DNA of 64,000 nucleotides from a virus (lineage: Duplodnaviria; Caudoviricetes), in IMG/VR virus record IMGVR_UViG_3300014031_000001, positions 32,001 to 96,000 of that record; one strand, written 5' to 3'. A model generated the notes under the pieces. The model did not search any database. It had not been told where the DNA came from and saw only the letters and a list, made by a program, of their open reading frames with translations. The translations under genes and the position numbers were made by a program. This document shows positions 61,001-64,000 of this stretch, in pieces. Every line of letters starts with the position of its first letter. Position 1 is the stretch's first letter.

Positions 61001-64000
61001 CGATTTTTACGCTCTGTATGTCCTGCCCGAGCCTCGGCCGTGCTTTTGGGAGCAAGACCCCCGCGGGCATAACTTCTGTTTTGACGCACTGAAGGTTGAA
61101 CTTCTCGTCGATGTAGCTGAAGTTGTGGTGCTCGGTAGCGACGACGCGCGTGCCGGTGTGCGTCTCGAGCTGGTAGCACGGCCCGTGCGATGTATGCACG
61201 GTAAGTCTGCGCACGTCGGCCCAGATGGGGGTGCTGTTGACCATAGAGATCGTCTGCAGGCGGCCTGGCGAGAGTTCGTAAATAGCTGTGTAGCCCCCGG
61301 CGTCTGCCACCATGTCCTCCACGCTCTTGCCGACAAGGAGGGGGAATAGCTCCCCCGCGCGGAGACTTAGGTACACCCACTGTCCGTCGTCTGTCAACAG
61401 GCGAGTGTGGCACAACGTGCTGATATCGCAGCTGTCTCCATTGAAGTCAGCGTTGAAGCCTTTGATTACCAACGGCGGAATCTTCAGCGCACGCCCCGTC
61501 GTGATCTTCGGCTTGAACGCCATGATCGAAAACTTGTGGAGCGACGGCGCGCGGTTTAGAAGGACGTGGCGGTCTTTCATGACGCGGTCAAGCGCCGTGC
61601 GTGCGAGCTTCGTGCGCCCCTTCACCTCTTCGGTGGCGGCCAGCGGGCTTTTGCCGTGGCCCTTCAGCTCGCGGATGACGAACGGCTCGAAGAGCTTCCA
61701 GGCCATCTCTTCGGGCATCGCCATCTCGTCGATGCCAAGGTCAGGCTCGGGGATGATCGTGCCGCGGCCGACAAGATCCTGCTTTTTGGAGAGCAGCTTC
61801 GAGATGAAGTAGCCCTCTTTCGGCTGCCCACCGTCGGCGCCGCCCTTGATGGCGGCGATGAAGCCGTCACGCGTGCGACCCTTGACGTTGAGGTTCGTGA
61901 GCCCCGAGACGGCCGACACGTGGTCGTAGAGCTCCTTGCGGATGTCGGCCTTCTCGGTCTCCGGCAAGAGCTTGGCGCCCGGCAGCTGGGCCACGTAGTT
62001 GACGACGCCCGTGTTGTGGTAGAGGACGTTGATGTCGCTCGTCGTGACGTTGCCGTCGGGCAGCGGGTAGAGCGGGCGAAACTGCGGCGGGATCACCGGC
62101 AGCTTCCTGCGGATGTAGGCGTCTTCCGGGCGCAGGTTGAGCCGCACCAGGTTCTTTAGGATCTTCAACTTCTTGTTGATGTCGTCGAGCTTGTCGGCGC
62201 GCACCGTCTTGGCTTTTTCCTCGAGACGCGTGATGGCGCCCGCGACGTCGACGCCCTTCAGGATCGACTCGATCGCCTCGCCCGAGGTGAGGCCCACGCC
62301 CGTCTCGTTGAAGGTCTTGGTCTTGGGGTCCAAGAAGAGCTTGCCCGCCATGATCTTGTCGTAGCGGCTGCCGAGGTCGGTGATCTTCTTGACGGCGTCT
62401 TCGAAGACGGGGTTCACGACGGCGTGCGCCAGGTCCAGGTGGGACCACTTGTCGCCCTGGAAGCCGCCGAGCTTTTGGTGATCGAAGAAGCCACCCTTGA
62501 CCGGCACGAAGTCTTTGGCGCGGAAAAACTGCGGGTCCTTGATCGCCATGACCGAGATCTTCTCGACGTGCTTATCAGTGAGCGGCCCGAGCGTCAGCTC
62601 CGTGCCGTTCTTCTCGACGTCGACGCCCGCAGCCTTCAGGTAGTTCAGAAACTTGGTGTAGGCGAACGTCTGGCGCGGCGCCGGCACCGGGTCGCCGACC
62701 TTGAGGGCCCGCCAGAACTCCTCGTTCTGGTCGCTCTTGTAGGTGGCCATCTCGCGCAGGTTGTGGCGCGCGCCGTGGGCCAGCATGGCGTTCATCGTGA
62801 GCACGTCGAGGGCCTTGGCCCCCTCGGCGCCGCCGGCCTTCAGCGGCTGGTGGTTGCCGTCGTAGGGGTGGCCGCTGCCGCCCTGGCGCACCGAGTAGTT
62901 GTGGGTGCCCTGCTTGTAGAGCTTCAGGATGTAGGGGTTGCCGACGTGGACCTTGCCGAGGCTCTTGCCCGTCGCGGCGTCGAAGAGCTCCTCTTTGTCG
63001 AGAACCCCCGACTTCTTGAGCTTCTGGCGCGTCGTGTCGAGGTAGTTCTCGCCTGAGAAGTTGTCGACGACGTGGGGCTTGCCGTCCTTCAGCGCGGCCT
63101 TGCCGGCGGCCGACTCGTAGATCTGGCCGATGTTGATCCGGCTGATGACGCCGTGGGGGTTCAGCAACATATGGACGGGGTTGCCCGCCTTGTCCTTCGG
63201 CGCCTCGCTGTCGGGGATGATCTTGGTGATGATCCCCTTGTTGCCGTTGCGGCCCGCGATCTTGTCGCCGATGCGCGCGCGTTCTTCGGTCTTCACGTAG
63301 ACCAGGATCTTGTCTTTGCGCTTTTGGACGTCCATGACGTAGCCGGTGTCTTCGTAGTGCCAGTAGACGGAGACGTCGCGGGGCCTTTCCGACAGGGCCT
63401 TGTTGATGACGGCGATGACCTGGCTTGGCGGGCGCTGCTTGAGCGCCGCGACGAGGATCGTGCCCTGCGTGACCTTCGAGCCCTTCTTGATGACGCCGTC
63501 TTCGTCCAAAAGCTGGGCGTTCGCCGGGGTCAGCTGGCTCGGGTAGGTGGCGCGAAACTTCGCCAGGTTGAGCTGGATCGTGACGTCGCGGTCGATCGCT
63601 TCCTTGTGGACGTGCTCGCTTGTGAGCTGGTCGGCCCCCGAGTTGGTGATGACGACGCCGTCTTCGAAGTTGAGGCCCTTGTAGGGCAGGTAGGCGACGC
63701 GCATGTTGGTGCCGAGCGCGAGCGTGCCGTTTTTGCTGAAGTTGCTATCGGCGAGCAGGTCGCCCTTGGCCACCTTGTCGCCGACTTTGACCTTCACCTC
63801 GTGGTTGAGAAAACTTTTCCGGTTGAGCGTGAAGTTGTTGTATAGGTTCACCTGCTTGTCGCCTGACGGTGTCGCCAGCACGAGAAAGTCGGGGGTCACC
63901 TTTTTTACCGTGCCGCTGTCGGGCGCCATCGCCGCGACCGAGCCGCCGATCACCTCCTCCATCGAAGCCCCGGGGGTCGCGCCGACTTGGACGAGAGGCG
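58056..64000 (-). CDS. Multisubunit-type RNA polymerase, beta-beta' fusion (5'-truncated by the window), intein-containing
   Basis: Beta motifs PLVQVG, NFEDG, GDKIAGRNGNKG, NPHGVISRINIGQ, YILKL; beta' motifs PVIPPQFRP, LLNRAPSLH, NADFNGD, GARRG..D.A..T, RSPLTC..CAKCFG, SEP..Q..MRTFHTGG. Confidence 0.93.
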   Translation of the reverse strand, partial: PLVQVGATPGASMEEVIGGSVAAMAPDSGTVKKVTPDFLVLATPSGDKQVNLYNNFTLNRKSFLNHEVKVKVGDKVAKGDLLADSNFSKNGTLALGTNMRVAYLPYKGLNFEDGVVITNSGADQLTSEHVHKEAIDRDVTIQLNLAKFRATYPSQLTPANAQLLDEDGVIKKGSKVTQGTILVAALKQRPPSQVIAVINKALSERPRDVSVYWHYEDTGYVMDVQKRKDKILVYVKTEERARIGDKIAGRNGNKGIITKIIPDSEAPKDKAGNPVHMLLNPHGVISRINIGQIYESAAGKAALKDGKPHVVDNFSGENYLDTTRQKLKKSGVLDKEELFDAATGKSLGKVHVGNPYILKLYKQGTHNYSVRQGGSGHPYDGNHQPLKAGGAEGAKALDVLTMNAMLAHGARHNLREMATYKSDQNEEFWRALKVGDPVPAPRQTFAYTKFLNYLKAAGVDVEKNGTELTLGPLTDKHVEKISVMAIKDPQFFRAKDFVPVKGGFFDHQKLGGFQGDKWSHLDLAHAVVNPVFEDAVKKITDLGSRYDKIMAGKLFLDPKTKTFNETGVGLTSGEAIESILKGVDVAGAITRLEEKAKTVRADKLDDINKKLKILKNLVRLNLRPEDAYIRRKLPVIPPQFRPLYPLPDGNVTTSDINVLYHNTGVVNYVAQLPGAKLLPETEKADIRKELYDHVSAVSGLTNLNVKGRTRDGFIAAIKGGADGGQPKEGYFISKLLSKKQDLVGRGTIIPEPDLGIDEMAMPEEMAWKLFEPFVIRELKGHGKSPLAATEEVKGRTKLARTALDRVMKDRHVLLNRAPSLHKFSIMAFKPKITTGRALKIPPLVIKGFNADFNGDSCDISTLCHTRLLTDDGQWVYLSLRAGELFPLLVGKSVEDMVADAGGYTAIYELSPGRLQTISMVNSTPIWADVRRLTVHTSHGPCYQLETHTGTRVVATEHHNFSYIDEKFNLQCVKTEVMPAGVLLPKARPRLGQDIQSVKIGEKSHVVDEDFAWLLGHYAGDGCSADNTVTICDTERALLDRSCRTIKAVFNSDTKRQSTAKHAGCIARIYNKTIAAWFADECGARCEDKRVPDCIVSSPDSVRLAYVQGLFQAEGSIGKDALGNWLARIEMKNRPFLEALRFIMASVGIGAYIRDSEHKGCRDFAIVRVVKDDMHRLALKEGRKSELLKTACEVKAGRRRKNLYDIVPFSAALFDEIAEIGKELRVPNKELRAKIAAWREAVPGRRVNLHDHFKKKTHFISRHIAKDILHTYGMLASGLFEKWAQLVLNEDLLWEEVTSITEVPRHEVMFDFTVPDGEIFCIQNGLLTHNTMTVHVPISNEANKEAEGMLPSRNLFQPGSGALMMAPAWEAQTGIFYLSQTPAGRAKLDAIVGEKYKVTAVLDKKGTAAMLNRMAKELPSGDFAKVLQALKSAGETHSYEKGFSLGLDDLHDFSKSRDLITTHVDKELAKAKTEADLTKINKDAVGLLDRMLATKLRGTGNSLFDMVEGGGRGEPTQLRQIMATPLFVSDARGKIVPRAIKKSYSEGLNIGDYWTSMYGARRGMMDRAIQTSEPGAFSKSISATTLDNVITAVDCGVKAGITLGISSPDAVGRYLAHDQDGVARNTPVDQQLVSALQKRGVSKIEVRSPLTCLQPRGTCAKCFGHDEHGGAPAIGDNIGAKASQTISEPLVQMIMRTFHTGGAAGTGTDVGGYARIGQLLKMPGDLPGAAPLTPVGGKVERIDKGIGGGHNVFVGSHKIYVPVGRKLTVKVGDEVTKGDVLSDGAVKPQDLVKLKGMRPAQEYLVDELHKTYKDQGIRIERKMFETVVRSLGNFTQVLNSPKDSPHLPGDVIGYTVANHYNANLGFTAKPEDAIGYELDADYEDLKKGHVVDARDAKVLKSHGHAEISVRREPLKHAPLMKGMGSVPLMRQNWMAALGFQNLSKAITEGAAQGWKTDLAGTHPIPAFAHGATFGQGKDGKY
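60012..61433 (-). mobile_element. Intein with LAGLIDADG endonuclease at the RNAP catalytic loop (474 aa)
   Basis: NADFNGD|SCDIST...; ATEHH block B; LLGHYAGDG and YVQGLFQAEG; ends LLTHN|TMTVHVP; visibly lower GC. Confidence 0.9.

Noticed and set aside
58056-64000. RNAP gene as host chromosomal rpoBC
   Set aside because: It is streamlined, fused and flanked by virion genes, with no ribosomal protein operon context.
1-64000. Stop-codon reassignment, reverse transcriptase/DGR, or integrase
   Set aside because: TAA, TAG and TGA all end intact genes, and no RT, template/variable repeat pair or recombinase motif was seen.

Overview
This is a 64-kb slice of a high-GC, large (probably jumbo) contractile-tailed dsDNA phage genome. 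It has + strand early/replication blocks and - strand virion blocks. The + strand blocks encode SSBs, a PD-(D/E)xK nuclease, Lar-like proteins, a PIF1-like helicase, YhaM, a glycosyltransferase, family A DNA polymerase, RNase HII, HU, an RRM protein, Fis and a pseudo-receiver. The - strand blocks encode tail tube and sheath, neck proteins, major capsid, prohead protease, terminase, baseplate spike and a fused beta-beta' RNA polymerase. There are three LAGLIDADG inteins, each at or beside an active-site motif (protease, terminase, RNAP), and one tRNA-Ile(GAU). The main novel signal is a short peptide tag, F-W-x-G-F-x-K/R-x-A. It recurs, mostly at the termini, on about a dozen unrelated late proteins, including a NUDIX hydrolase, a GNAT acetyltransferase, a thioredoxin-fold protein and a SNF2 helicase. 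K-x-A sites are also pervasive in head proteins. I infer a modular capsid cargo-loading and proteolytic-release system. Other signals: the RNAP catalytic loop reads NADFNGD, there is a chromosomal-type parS site, DnaA-box-like and iteron-like clusters flank terL, and GGTATAAG recurs as a likely phage promoter. All assignments come from motifs read by eye; no searches were run.
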